DNA from: Malacoraja senta | Taxonomy: Eukaryota | DNA length: 64,000 bases | Assembly: GCA_038087875.1 (NCBI GenBank) | Contig: CM075990.1 | Location: 7,440,001-7,504,000, forward strand | Reading direction: 5' to 3' | In this document: positions 50,666 to 62,954 of the stretch, one piece after another | Position numbering within the stretch: the stretch's first letter is position 1 | Layout: each line of letters opens with the position of its first letter | Program-made: the position numbers and the translations under genes | Notes under the pieces: model-generated | What the model was told of the DNA's origin: nothing | Databases searched by the model: none | Seen by the model: the letters and a program-made list of their open reading frames with translations, nothing else

Positions 50666-51989
50666 CCTGTTCTATTCACAATCTTTGTTTAGTTTTCCAA
50701 TGGACTTAAGTCCTTTTGAGATCAAGGCTCATGTATATTTTCTAATGAAGAGTACAGTAATGTGACATGGTAAATGCATATGAACCTACATTTAAATCCT
50801 GGCAAGCTCAAGGCATGCTATATCACCACACGACTGAAGGGCTGGAGATGCCTCATAAGTTGAAGGGAAGAATGAAGTTGACGGCTGCAAACCATTCAGT
50901 TTAATGTTGGGAGTCAACAAAGCAGGACAAAATTACGTAGCATTTGGAAAACTAATAAATGAAAGGCAGTTTCAAAGGCATTAGTTTAAGGCAAAACATG
51001 TTTGAATAACTCGGTTGAGTTCTTTGATGTGATAGCAGTAGAGTTGGTGATCGTAATGCAATCGGCTGTGTGCAGATACTCTCAAAAATATTATTCACTG
51101 CACTGGACAAACATTGGTTTTATTGTAGTTCCAAAGCAAGAAAGTTGTGCAGAGCATTGATAAACACTGGATGGATTACAGTTTTGGGGAGTGTGGTTTG
51201 CAAGAAATACTGGCCTTCGGCAAGGGTGCAGAAGGGATTTAGCGGAATGCTGTAAGGTTATAGACAATAGCAATAGGTGCAGGAGTAGGCCATCCGGCCC
51301 TTCGAGCCAGCACTGCCATTCGATGTGATCATAGCTGATCATCCCCAATCAGTACCCCGTTCCTGCCTTCTCCCCATATCCACTGACTCGCTGAGCCCTA
51401 TCTAGCTCTCTCTTGAAAGCTGCCTCCACTGCCCTCTGAGGCAGAGAATTCCACATTATGATACTTAGATGTGAAATTTCTTCTGCCAGAGTCCAGTTGA
51501 GTTTATTCTCATATGCACAGATACAGTGAGATACAGGTACAATGAAAATCTTGCTTGCAGCTGCACCGCAGATGCATAGACTCAGACAACGCACCAAAGT
51601 TCATAAATTACACGCACATTTTGCAAGACATGAAAAAGAAAAGTAGCCTGCAATAAACAAAACATTAGAATAAATCACAATTAGAACAAAGCAAGTCCAT
51701 GGTAATGCAAGAAGACCACAATGAATGAATGAATAAATAAGTTTATTGGCCACAGATGTTCACATACAAGGAATTTGCCTTGGTGCTCCACTCGCAAGTG
51801 ACAACATGACATACAGTGACAATTAGGAATGATAATAAAACATTAAACATTAATAATAAAACATTATCGATTGTTATCCATTGTTCTTTATCTGGTTGCC
51901 TATCATCCTGGAGCCAAAGAAAAGCAAGGTAGCGCTATAATGGTCACCATTCAGAGACTCTAACATCCACCAAACATGAAGGACGTTGA

Positions 51990-54190
51990 GAGGCTGGTCA
52001 TGGTGTACATTAACTCCTGCATCTCAGACTGCATTGACCCACCACAATGTGACTACCATAATCACTGGTCCACAGCAGATGCCATAACAAGGACACGTAT
52101 GTTAAACTTCTGTTAATTGAATATAGCTGTGCCTTCAACACCATAATTCCAACCAAAATCATCTCTAATCTCCTGGACCTGGGAATTATTAACCTCCACT
52201 GTAAATTGGATCTCTGTCTTCCTGACCCACGGACCACAATCAGTAAGGGTTGGTGACAAGGTATTTTATAAGGTAATTCTCAACACCGGGGTGCTTCCTT
52301 ACCCCTTTAGGAATACAGCCACAACTGGGCAGACAAGTTCTGCTCTAACTCCGTTGATAAGTGTGAGGATGACACCACTGTGGTGGGCCGGATCTCAAAC
52401 GGTGACAAGATAGAATATAGGAAGGGGATAGAGAACTTCAGAGCATGTTGTCGAAGCAACAACCTCTCCTCAGCAAGATAAAGGAGCTGGTCTTCGAGCT
52501 CAGAGAGCAGGGTGGAGTGCACATTCCAGTCTGTATCAATGGCACTGGAGTGGAGATGGTGGGAGCTTCAAGTTCTATCATATCACCATGGTTCTTTGTC
52601 TTGGTCCAAACATGCCAATTACCTCAGACTTCTGACAAGGTAAATTATTATGTATACTTTACTCCAAGGCCACAAAAGTACACAAAAACCTTCACTTCTC
52701 AGAAGTCTAAGGAAATTCGGCATGTCTCCAATAACAGTGGATGTGGTGTATCTGAACTTTCAAAAAGCCTTTGACTAGGTCCCACACAAGAGATTAGTGT
52801 GCAAAATTAGAGCACGTGGTATTGGGGGTAGGGTATTGACATGGATAGAGAACTGGTTGGCAGAAAGGAAGCAAAGAGTAGGAATTAACGGGTCCTTTTC
52901 AGAACGGGCAGGCAGTGGCTAATGGGGTGCCACAAGGCATGGTGCTGGGACCCCAGTTGTTTACAATGTATATTAACGATTTAGACGAGGGAATTAAATG
53001 TAACATCTCTAAGTTTTTGAATAACAGAAAGCTGGGTGGTAGTGTGAACTGAGAGGAGGATGCTATGAGGTTGCAGGGTGACTTGGATAGGTTAGGCGAG
53101 TGGGCAGGAACATGGCAGATGCAGTATAATGTAGATAAATGTGAGGTTATCCACTTGGTGGCAAGAACAGGAAGGCAGATTATTATCTGAATGGTGTCAC
53201 CTTAGGAGAAGGGGAGGTGCAACGAGACCTTGGTGTGCTTGTACATCAGTCACTGAAAGTAAACATGCAGGTACAGCAGGCAGTGAAGAAAGCCTTCATT
53301 GCGAGAGGATTGGAGTTTTGGAGCAAGGAGGTCCTACTACAGTTGTACAGGGTCCTGGTGAGACCGCACCTGGAGCATTGTGTGCAATTTTGGTCTCCTA
53401 ATTTGAGGAAGGACATTTTTGCTGCAGAGGGAGTGCAGCATAGGTTCACCAGGTTAATTCTCGGGATGGCGGGACTGACATATGATGAAAGAATGGGTCG
53501 ACTTGGATTGTATTCGCTGGAATTTAGAAGGATGAGAGGATATCTTATAGAAACATATAAAATTCTTAGAGGATTGGACAGGGTAGATGCAGGAAAAATG
53601 TTCCTAATGTTGGGAAAGTCCAGAACCAGGGGTCACAGTTTAAGAATAAGGGGTAGGCCATTGAGGACTGAGACGAGTAAAAGATTTTTTCACCCAGAGA
53701 GTTGTGAATCTGTGAATTCTCTGCCACAGAAGGCAGTGGAGGCCTATTCACTGAATGTGTTCAAGAGAGAGTTAGATTTAGCTCTTGGGGCTAAGGGAAT
53801 CATGGGATATGGGGAAAAAGCCGGAACGGGGTGATGATTTTGGATGATTGGCTATGATCATATAGAATGGCGGTGCTGGCTCGAATGTTACGAATTTCTA
53901 CAGATACACTATAGAAAGTATCTGACCTGGATATCTCACAGCTTGGTGTGGCAAGGCTCTGCCCAAAATTACAAGAAATTGCAAAGAGTTGTGAACGTAG
54001 CGCTGTATATCATGCAAACCAGCTGCTCCTCATTCAATTCCATCAACGCAACTTAATTAACGATCGCTCGCATCCCGATGAATCTCTCTTCCCCTTTCCC
54101 TTCGGGCATGAGATACTAAAGCTTGTACCACCAGTTTCAAGAACAGCTTCTTCCCTGCTGTTATCAAACTCTTCAATGCCCTTTCATGTG
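51990..54190 (+). mobile_element. Degraded Rex1 LINE (RT region) split by a CR1 insertion
   Basis: YVKLLLIEYSCAFNTIIPTKIISNLLDLG at about 52100. It resumes after 53885 with KKLQRVV...SHP..SLF. Confidence 0.7.
52737..53885 (+). mobile_element. CR1 LINE (RT C-terminal half to 3' UTR)
   Basis: VDVVYLNFQKAFD, GVPQG.VLGP.LF, QRDLGVLVH, LYRVLVRPHLEHCVQFWSP. Confidence 0.9.
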
Positions 54191-54463
54191 TTAAGGATGT
54201 AGTTTGAACAACTCTGAAGGAAAAGAAGAGATCACAAGATCACCCTTCTTCAGATAAACTAGGGGCAAGAAAAAGGCAGAACAATTCAGGGCTAGCGACA
54301 GATGACCTCAGGAAGGGTGAAGCTCATATTGGCACAGTTGGCTAGGGAAGGTGTGATAACAAGAGGGATCTAAGGATGTGGACAGTGGAACTGTTAGGCC
54401 GACTATGGTGGGGGAGGGGAGGAAATGCAGGAGTTACATGAAATTAGAGAAGTCAACGTTGGG

Positions 54464-54892
54464 TTCACAAGTTCACAAGCTATAGGAGTAGAATTAGGCC
54501 ATTCGGCCCATCGAGTGCACTCCGCCATTCAATCATGACCTAATCCTATTTTCCTGCCTTCTCCCCCATAACCCTTGACACCCGTTCTAATCAAGAATTT
54601 GTCTATCTCTGCCTTAAAAATATCCACTCACTTGGCTTCCGCAGCCGTCTGTGGCAATGAGTTCCACAGATTAATTACCCTCTGACTAAAGAAGTTCCTT
54701 CTCACCTCCTTTCTAAAAGAGCGCCCTTTAATTCTGAGGCTATGACCTCTGGTCCTAGACTCCCCCACCAGTGGAAACATGCTCTCCACATCCACTCTAT
54801 CCATGCCTTTCATTATTCTGTAAGTTTCAATGAGGTCTCTCCACCCCCCCCAACCCCCCCACCCCCCCCAACCTTCTAAACTCCAGCGAGTA
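54464..54892 (-). mobile_element. CR1 LINE 3' end
   Basis: DLIETYRIMKGMDRVD...GHSLRIKGRSFRKEVRRNFFSQRVINLWNSLP. Confidence 0.85.
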
Positions 54893-55647
54893 AGGGTTGT
54901 TATCTTCCCAAGCGGAATATGAGGTGCTGAAATATGAGGGGAATGGTCAGTGTTGGGGCGAGGCATGATCAGGCCGTGCTGATACTGCGACCTCATGGTT
55001 CCCATTGAGTAAGTGTACCTCGGGTGGAAGGGGGAGTAAAGGGGGCAAATGGGGAAGTTGACTGAGAGCAGACTTGTGGAATGCGGCACTAGATCATGGC
55101 TTTAGATGTAGATTTAACGGAGTTAGATTTAGCTCTCAGGGCCCATTCCATTGTTCTCCCATTATTATTGGGATTTATTATTGATGTATTCAAGAGCGAG
55201 TTAGATTTAGCTCTTGGGGCTAACAGAATCAAGGGATATGTGGACAAAGCAGGAACGGGGGTACTGAGTTTGGATGATCAGCCATGATCATATTGGCTGG
55301 CTCGAAGGGCCGAATGGCCTACTCCTGCACCGATTTTTTTATGTCTCTGTAGCTTCCGTTGTAGAAATCATTGTGCTGCCACTAATTCTGTCAAACCGCC
55401 TCCCGTTACTCTGCTGCATTCACTCAGCGGCCGATGGGATTTGGAGACAACCAGCCAGAACCCCTCGCGCACGAGGATAGTAAACTCATCCCTACAGAGT
55501 ACATCCAAAACTGCAGCTGCTGGAAATGTCGACTTGAAACAGGAGACGCTGGAAACACTCAACAGGTCGGGCAGCATCAGTGGAGAGAGGAACAGTGTTA
55601 ATGTTTCATCTTGAAGGCCTCTCATTAGACAATCTTTATTTTTTATT

Positions 55648-55923
55648 TTTAGAGACACAGCGCAGAAACAGGCCCTTCGGCCCTCCGAGTCCATACCAAC
55701 CAGCGAGCCCCACATATCCGACATGCACTAGGGACAATTCATACCGAGCCAATTTACCTGCACACCTGTACGTCTTTGGAATATTGGGAGGAAACCGACG
55801 ATCTCGGAGAAAACCCGTACAGGTCACGGGGGGAACGTACAGACAAGCACCCGTAGTCAGGATCGAACCCGGGTCCCTGGCGCTGTAAGGCAGCAACTCT
55901 ACTGGTGCGCCACCGTGCCGCCC
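55648..55923 (-). mobile_element. HE1-like V-SINE
   Basis: The reverse complement begins GGGCGGCACGGTGGCGCA. Confidence 0.85.
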
Positions 55924-58525
55924 AATGTTAGTTCCTTTTGTCTCCACAGATGCTGCCTGATCTGCTGTGTATTTCTGGTGCGTTTCTTTAAAGAGCCTTC
56001 ATACGGGTGGTGGCAAATGTGTCAGGACTAGCAGTCTGACCCATTCTCCCCCTCTCTCCATCTCACTGTCGATCTTTCCTTCACTTCCCCTCTTTCCTTT
56101 GCTCACAGATCCCTTTCCTCCCCCAACACTCCCTCAGTTGNNNNNNNNNNNNNNNNNNNNNNNNNNNNNNNNNNNNNNNNNNNNNNNNNNNNNNNNNNNN
56201 NNNNNNNNNNNNNNNNNNNNNNNNNNNNNNNNNNNNNNNNNNNNNNNNNNNNNNNNNNNNNNNNNNNNNNNNNNNNNNNNNNNNNNNNNNNNNNNNNNNN
56301 NNNNNNNNNNNNNNNNNNNNNNNNNNNNNNNNNNNNNNNNNNNNNNNNNNNNNNNNNNNNNNNNNNNNNNNNNNNNNNNNNNNNNNNNNNNNNNNNNNNN
56401 NNNNNNNNNNNNNNNNNNNNNGAGGAGTCAGGGACTGCACAGCTCATACAGCCAGATGTGTTCATGCTGCATGGACGTCCTGTCGCTGATCCCACAGCAC
56501 AGCTGAACAACATGTGTGTGTGTGTGCGTGCATACGCGTATGTGTGTACATCTGCATGCATGTGTGTGTATGAGAAACATGAGATTGTGTAGGAAAGAAC
56601 TGGAAATGCTGGTTTAAATCGAAGATAGACACAAAATGCTGGAGTAACTCAGCGGGACAGGCAGCATCTCTGCGGAGAAGGAATGAGTGACGTTTCGGGT
56701 CAAGAGCCTTCTTCCTACTCCAACATTTTGTGCCAATGGAAGAGATTTTNNNNNNNNNNNNNNNNNNNNNNNNNNNNNNNNNNNNNNNNNNNNNNNNNNN
56801 NNNNNNNNNNNNNNNNNNNNNNNNNNNNNNNNNNNNNNNNNNNNNNNNNNNNNNNNNNNNNNNNNNNNNNNNNNNNNNNNNNNNNNNNNNNNNNNNNNNN
56901 NNNNNNNNNNNNNNNNNNNNNNNNNNNNNAGATGGACAAAGGTGATTGTATCTGATAGTGGCACAGACTTGTGTGCGACTGTGTGAAATAGGGGGAGTAA
57001 ATCAGGTGAGAGAGGGAGAGAGAGAGAGAGAGTGGGAGATGAGGAGGAGTACGCAGACAGTGAGAGTAGTTTCACGTAATGGCAGCAGCTCAGAGAAGAT
57101 AAGACTGTCAGAGCTGGGAGAATGATTAGTTTATTCAGCCCCTCAGTCTGCCCCAGCATTTAATAAGGTCAGGGATGATGTTGTTGATCGCTTCTACTTC
57201 ACTCCTCTAGACCCGTGTCTCTCCCTCTCTGGCTGAATTGAACATTTTGGTGAGATTATTAATACAGGTTGCCGTACGTGTGGATGAGTAGATTTACTGC
57301 CGATGGCAGGAATAGAAGGTTCTCATCTTGCCGGTTGCGGACTTGCACACGGCTCCAGGGAGTAGTATGTGTCTAACACCACTGGCTGCACTGGCAGTCC
57401 AAGTTTGGAGCAGGCCCTGGCTCCAGTGCAGATCTGGACCCAACACTGGCTGCACTGGCTGTCCAAATCTCCCCGAAACCTTCGGCATTCCAGAGAAAAC
57501 TATCCAGGTCTGTCCAATGTCTCCTTGTAGCTCATCCAGGCACCATTCTGGTAAAACCTCCCGTACGCCCTATCCAATGCTTCCCTATCCTTCCTGTAAT
57601 GGGGTGATCAGAAATGCATGCAATAGTCTAAGTGTCTAGAGTCAAGAATGTTTTATTATCATATGTCCCAGATGGAACAATGACATTCTTACTTGCAGCA
57701 GCACCACAGCATATGTAAACATAGTACACTGTAAACAATATGATAAATGAGAGAGAAAAGTTCAGTGTGTGTGTAAAAATACACATACCCACATATATAT
57801 ATATATAAATTATTTATTATATACACACATACATACGTAACTAATGTCCTATAAAGCTGCATCATGACATCCAGACTTCTACTCAAAGCCCCAACCTATG
57901 AAGCAAGCATACCGTATACCCTCTTTACCATTCCATCTACATATGTTGACACTTTCAGGGAGCTGTGGACTTGACCCCCAAGATCTCTCTGTACATCAAT
58001 GCCATTGAGCGTCATGCCATTAATTGGATATTTTCCCCTTGCATTTGACCTCCCAAAGTAGAACACCTCACACTCGCTCGGTTTGAACTCCGTCTGCATT
58101 TTCTCCGCTCATATCTGTCGCCGATCTACATATCCCGCTGCATCAAGTCAATTTCAAGTCAAGTCAAGTCAATTTTATTTCTATAACACATTTAAAATGT
58201 TGACCAAAGTGCTTTACATCAGTGCAGGTACTAACGTGGTACAAAGATCTAACAATACATACGTAAATACATACGTACAGCGCTCCCTCAGAGGACCTCA
58301 AGAAACGCTTGTGAGTAGAAATAAGTTTTAAGTCTAGATTTAAAGGAGTCGATGGAGGGGGAAGTTCTGATGAGAAGAGGGATGCTGTTCCACAGTCTAC
58401 ATATGCATATGTAGCAACACTACATATCCTCAAGGAGGTGAGGTGTGGAGGCGTCACTCTCCCTGTTGGGGAAGCTGGAGGCACAAGAGCGACAAGATAG
58501 AAGAGATACAAGATAGACAAGATAG

Positions 58526-59021
58526 CATCGGTGAGACCAAGCGGAGGCTTGGCGATCGTTTCGCCGAACACCTCCGGTCGGTCCGCAATAACCAACCTGA
58601 ACTCCCGGTGGCTCAGCACTTCAACTCCCCCTCCCATTCCGTATCTGACCTCTCTGTCCTGGGTCTCCTCCATGGCCACAGCGAGCAACACCGTAAATTG
58701 GAGGAAATGCACCTCATATTCCGCTTGGGCAGTCTACATCCTGGTGGCCTGAACGTTGAATTCTCCCAACTCTGCTAGCCCTTGCTGTCCCCTCCCCTTC
58801 ATCAGCCATCTGGTTGTCTCCTCCCCTCCCCCAGCCCTCGGGCTCCTCCTCCGCCTTTTTCCTTTTTTCCTTTCTTCTCCCCACCCCCTATCAGTCTGAA
58901 GAAGGGGTTCGGCCCGAAACGTTACCTATTTCCTTCGCTCCATAGATGCTGCTGCACCTGCTGAGTTTCTCCAGCATTTTTGTGTACCTTTGATTTTCCA
59001 GCATCTGCAGTTCCTTCTTTA
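58526..59021 (+). mobile_element. 5'-truncated Penelope-like retroelement (GIY-YIG endonuclease C-terminus plus hammerhead-bearing terminal repeat)
   Basis: IGETKRRLGDRFAEHLRSV...PVAQHFNSPSH...RKLEE.HLIFRLGSLHPGGLN. Hammerhead motif 58896-58923. TSD ACAAGATAGAAGAG at 58492-58505 and 59022-59035. Confidence 0.9.
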
Positions 59022-59433
59022 ACAAGATAGAAGAGTTACTGTGGGGCCAAAGCATTGCCCCTAGGCTCAGAATCAGTGGAACAACAGATCAAAGGTCCAC
59101 AACCGACTGTGTTGAGATCTCTAAAACAGAAGGCAGAGAACCAGAGTGTTCAGCGACTGTGGAAAACTGTTTGCCTTTCTCCACTTCAATGGTATTGTAT
59201 TATTACTGGCTTAATATGAGATCATGTTGGTCACATGAAGACATTTGTGAAGTCTCACTTAGAGTACCATGTTCAGTTTTGGGCACCTTGTTATAGGAAA
59301 GACGTTGTCAAACTGGAAAGAGTGCAGAGGAGACTGACAATGATGTTGCCACATCTCGAGGGCCTGAGCTACAGGGAGAGGTTGAGCAGGCTACGACTTT
59401 ATTCCTTGGAGTGCAAGAGGATGAACGGTCTTG

Positions 59434-61680
59434 AGGTCATAAGTGATAGCAGCAGAATTAGGCCATTCAGCCCCTCGAGTCTGCCCCGCCATTCAATCAT
59501 GGTTGATCTTTCTCTCCCTCCATTCTCCCGCCTTCTCCTGACACCCGTACTAATCAATAATCTATCTATCTTTAAAATTATCCATTGGCTTGGCCTCCAT
59601 AGCAAAGAATTCCGCAGATCACCACCCTCTGACTAAAGAAATTCCTACTCATCTCCTTCCTGAAGGAACATCATTTAATTCTGAGGCTACGACCTCTAGT
59701 CCTTGATTCTCCCACTAGTGGAAACCTCCTCTCCACATCCACTCTATCCAAGCCTTTCACTATTTGGTATGTTTCAATAAGGTCCCCCCTCATTCTTTTA
59801 AACTCCAGCGACTACAGGTTCAGTGCCGTCAAACCATCATCATAAGTTCCCACTCATCCCTGGGATCATTCTTGTAAACCTCTTCTGGACCCTCTCCAGA
59901 GCCAGCACATCCTTCCTCAGATATGGTGCCCACAATTGCTCACAATATTCCAAATGCAGCCTGACCAGCGCCTTATAGAGCCTCAGCATTACATCTCTGT
60001 TTATCCACACAAGCCCTCTAGAAACAAATACTAGCATTGAGTTTGCCTTCTTTACTACCGATTCGACTTGCAGATTAACTTTTTGGGAATCCTGCACCAG
60101 CTCCCAAGTCCCTTTGCACCTCCGATTTATGGGTCTTCTCCCCATTTAGAAAATAGTCCAAGCCTTTATTTCTAATACCAAAATGCATGACTCCACACTT
60201 TGCTACACCATATTCCATCTGCCACTTCTCTGCCCACTCTCCCAACCTGTCCAAGTCCTTCTGCAGAGTCCCTGCTTTCTCTGCCCTTCCACCTATTTGT
60301 GTATCATCCGCAAAGTTGGCCACAAAGCCTTCAATCCCCTCGTCCAAATCATTAATATACAACGTGAAAGGTAGCGGCCCCAGCACCGATCGTTGTGGAC
60401 CTCTGCTAGTCACTGGCAGCCAAGCAGATAAAGCCCCCTTTATTGCCACTCTTTGTCTTCTGCCATCCAGCCAACCTGCTATCCATGCTAGTATCTGCCC
60501 TTTCATACCGTGGGCTCTTATCTTCCTTCGCAGCCTCACATGTGTCACCTTGTCAAAGGCTTCCTGAAAATCTAGGTAAACAACATCCACTGATTCTCTT
60601 TTGTCTGTCCTGCTATTTACTTCTTCAAAGAATTCCAGCAGATTCGTCAGGCAAGATCTCCCCTTCACAAAACCATACTGACTTTGGCCTATTTTATCAT
60701 GAACTTCTCAGTACTCCGTAACCTCATCCTTTATAATGGACACTAAAATCTTACAAACCACTGACGTCAGACTAACGGGCCTGTAATTCCCACTATTCTG
60801 CTTTGCTCCCTTCTTGTACAGCGGGGTAATATTGACAATTTTCCAATCGTTTGGAACCACTCCTGTCTTTATAGATTCTTGATATATCACTATTAATGCC
60901 TCCACAATCTCTAAAGCCATCTCTTTCAGAACTCCAGGGTGCAGTCCATCTGGTCCAGGTGACATCCACCCTCAGCCTTTTCAGTTTCCCAAGCACCTTC
61001 TCCATAGTAATAGCCACTCCACCAACTACCACCCCCTGACTCTCTTGAATATCAGGCACATTATAGACAATAGACAATAGGTGCAGGAGTAGGCCATTTT
61101 GCCCTTCGATCCAGCACCGCCATTCAATGTGATCATGGCTGATCATCCCCAATCAGTACCCCGTTCCTGCCTTCTCCCCATATCCCCTGACTCTGCTATT
61201 TTTAAGAGCCCTATCTAGCTCTCTCTTGAAAGCATCCAGAGAACCCGCCTCCACCGCCCTCTGAGGCAGAGAATTCCACACGCTCACCACTCTCTGTGAG
61301 AAAAAGTGTTTCCTCGTCTCCGTTCTAAATGGCTCACCCCTTATTCTTAAACTGTGGCCCCTGGTTCTGGACTCACCCAACAACATTGTTGGTGTTTTCT
61401 ACTGTGAAGCCTGATGCAAAAAAGTTGTTCAACTCCTCTGCCATTTCTTTATTCCCCATTATCACTTTCCCTGCATCTATCGCCAGCAGTCTAACGCCCA
61501 CTCTTGCCTCTTTCTTATCTTTATATATCTGAAGAGCGTCTTGCTCTCCTCTTTTATCTTATTAGCTAGCTTACCTTCATATTTCATCTTTTCTCCCCCA
61601 TATTGCCTTCATAGTTAACTTCTGTTGTTCTTTGAAAGCTTCCCAATCCTCTGGCTTCCCACTAATCTTTGCAATGTTAT
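59434..61680 (-). mobile_element. Long CR1 LINE fragment (RT domain, frameshifted) with a nested CR1 3' end at 61063-61383
   Basis: SPGPDGLHP.VLKE, GNYRPVSLTSVV.K, GRSCLTNLLEFFEEV, VYLDFQ.AFDKV, FADDT. Confidence 0.92.
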
Positions 61681-61734
61681 ACAGAAGTGATGGAGGTGGG
61701 CAGAATCGTGAGAATAATAGACCAGGTAAACACA

Positions 61735-62040
61735 CACTGCTGCCTAGAGTAGGGGGGTCGAGAACCAGAGAACATAGGTTTAAGGTGAGGGGGTAAAGAT
61801 TTAATAGGAATCTGAGGAATAACTTATTTACACAAAGGGTGCTGGATGCATGGAATGAGCTGCTGGAGGAGGTAGTTGAGGCAGGGTCCATCGTAACATT
61901 TAGAAACATTTAGACAGGTACATGAATAGGATAGGTTAAGAGGGATATGGGCCATACGCAGGCAGGTAGGACTAGTGTAGATCGGACATGGTCGGTGTGG
62001 CTAAGGGGCCTGTTTCCGCGCTGTGTGATTCCATGACTTA
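61735..62040 (+). mobile_element. CR1 LINE 3' end
   Basis: Same subfamily as 44167-44490, in the opposite orientation. Confidence 0.8.
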
Positions 62041-62093
62041 ATGCAGACTAGGAACGGAGCACAAGGAACTTGATTCACTCTTTGTCAGCTGTT

Positions 62094-62150
62094 ACCAGGC
62101 AAGAATGGACTTGATACCCCTCACCAGGCAAGAATGGACTTGATACCCCT
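62094..62150 (+). repeat. 28-bp perfect tandem duplication
   Basis: ACCAGGCAAGAATGGACTTGATACCCCT at 62094-62121 and 62123-62150. Confidence 0.9.
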
Positions 62151-62378
62151 TACACACTTAGAGTGAGAGGGGTATCGCCGAAACATCACAGAGGCTCAAT
62201 CTCTGCCACTCGATGCAGCTCAATGGGGGATGAAGATTTAAGGAGACCCCCATGAGAGGTTGGCCCTGACCAGTGGAGGTGGGGGCTAGCCATGTTGGCT
62301 CGTCTGGGGGAGGATATTATCGGATATGGTCACCAGTTTCATGAATGGTACGTGCCTAACTGCCATTGGGAAGGTGGT

Positions 62379-62954
62379 ATACATCGGCGAAACCAAACTT
62401 AGACTGAGCAATCGTTTTGCTGAACATCTTCACTCAGTCCTCCTGAACCTACCTGATTTCCCAGTTGCTAAACACTTTAATTCTCCTTCCCATTCCCACA
62501 CTGACCTTTCTGCCCTCGGTCTCCTCCATCGTCAGAGTGAAGCTAAACGCAAATTGGAGGAACAGCACCTCATATTTCGCTTGGGCAACTTACGGCACAG
62601 TGGTATGAATATTGATTTCTCTAAATTCAGGTATCCCCGGCATTCCCTCTCTCTCTCTACCCCTCCCCCACCCAAGTCGCACCAGCTTCTTGTTTTCACC
62701 CAACAAACAGGTAAAAATGGCCTGTTTCCTTTATCATCGTTACCTTTTTGCATATCGTTCATTCATTGTTCTTTATCTCTCTACATTATCATCTATATCT
62801 CTCATTTCTCTTATCCCTAATCGGTCTGAAGAAGGATTTCGATCCGAAACGTCACCTATTCCTTCTCTGCAGAGATGCTGTCTGTCCCGCTGAGTTACTA
62901 CAGCATTTTGTGTCTATCTTCGGTTTAAACCAGCATCTGCAGTTCCTTCCTACA
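62379..62954 (+). mobile_element. 5'-truncated Penelope-like retroelement (GIY-YIG C-terminus plus hammerhead-bearing terminal repeat)
   Basis: YIGETKLRLSNRFAEHL...PVAKHFNSPSHSH...RKLEEQHLIFRLG. TSD CATTGGGAAGGTGGT at 62364-62378 and 62955-62969. Confidence 0.9.
62819..62860 (+). ncRNA. Putative minimal type I hammerhead ribozyme
   Basis: Stem I AATCGGT/ACCTATT (6 of 7 pairs), core CTGAAGA, stem II GGAT-TTCG-ATCC, GAAAC, cleavage triplet GTC. Confidence 0.7.

Noticed and set aside
59434-61680. Intact autonomous CR1 reverse transcriptase gene
   Set aside because: Multiple frameshifts and stops, a nested insertion and 5' truncation.
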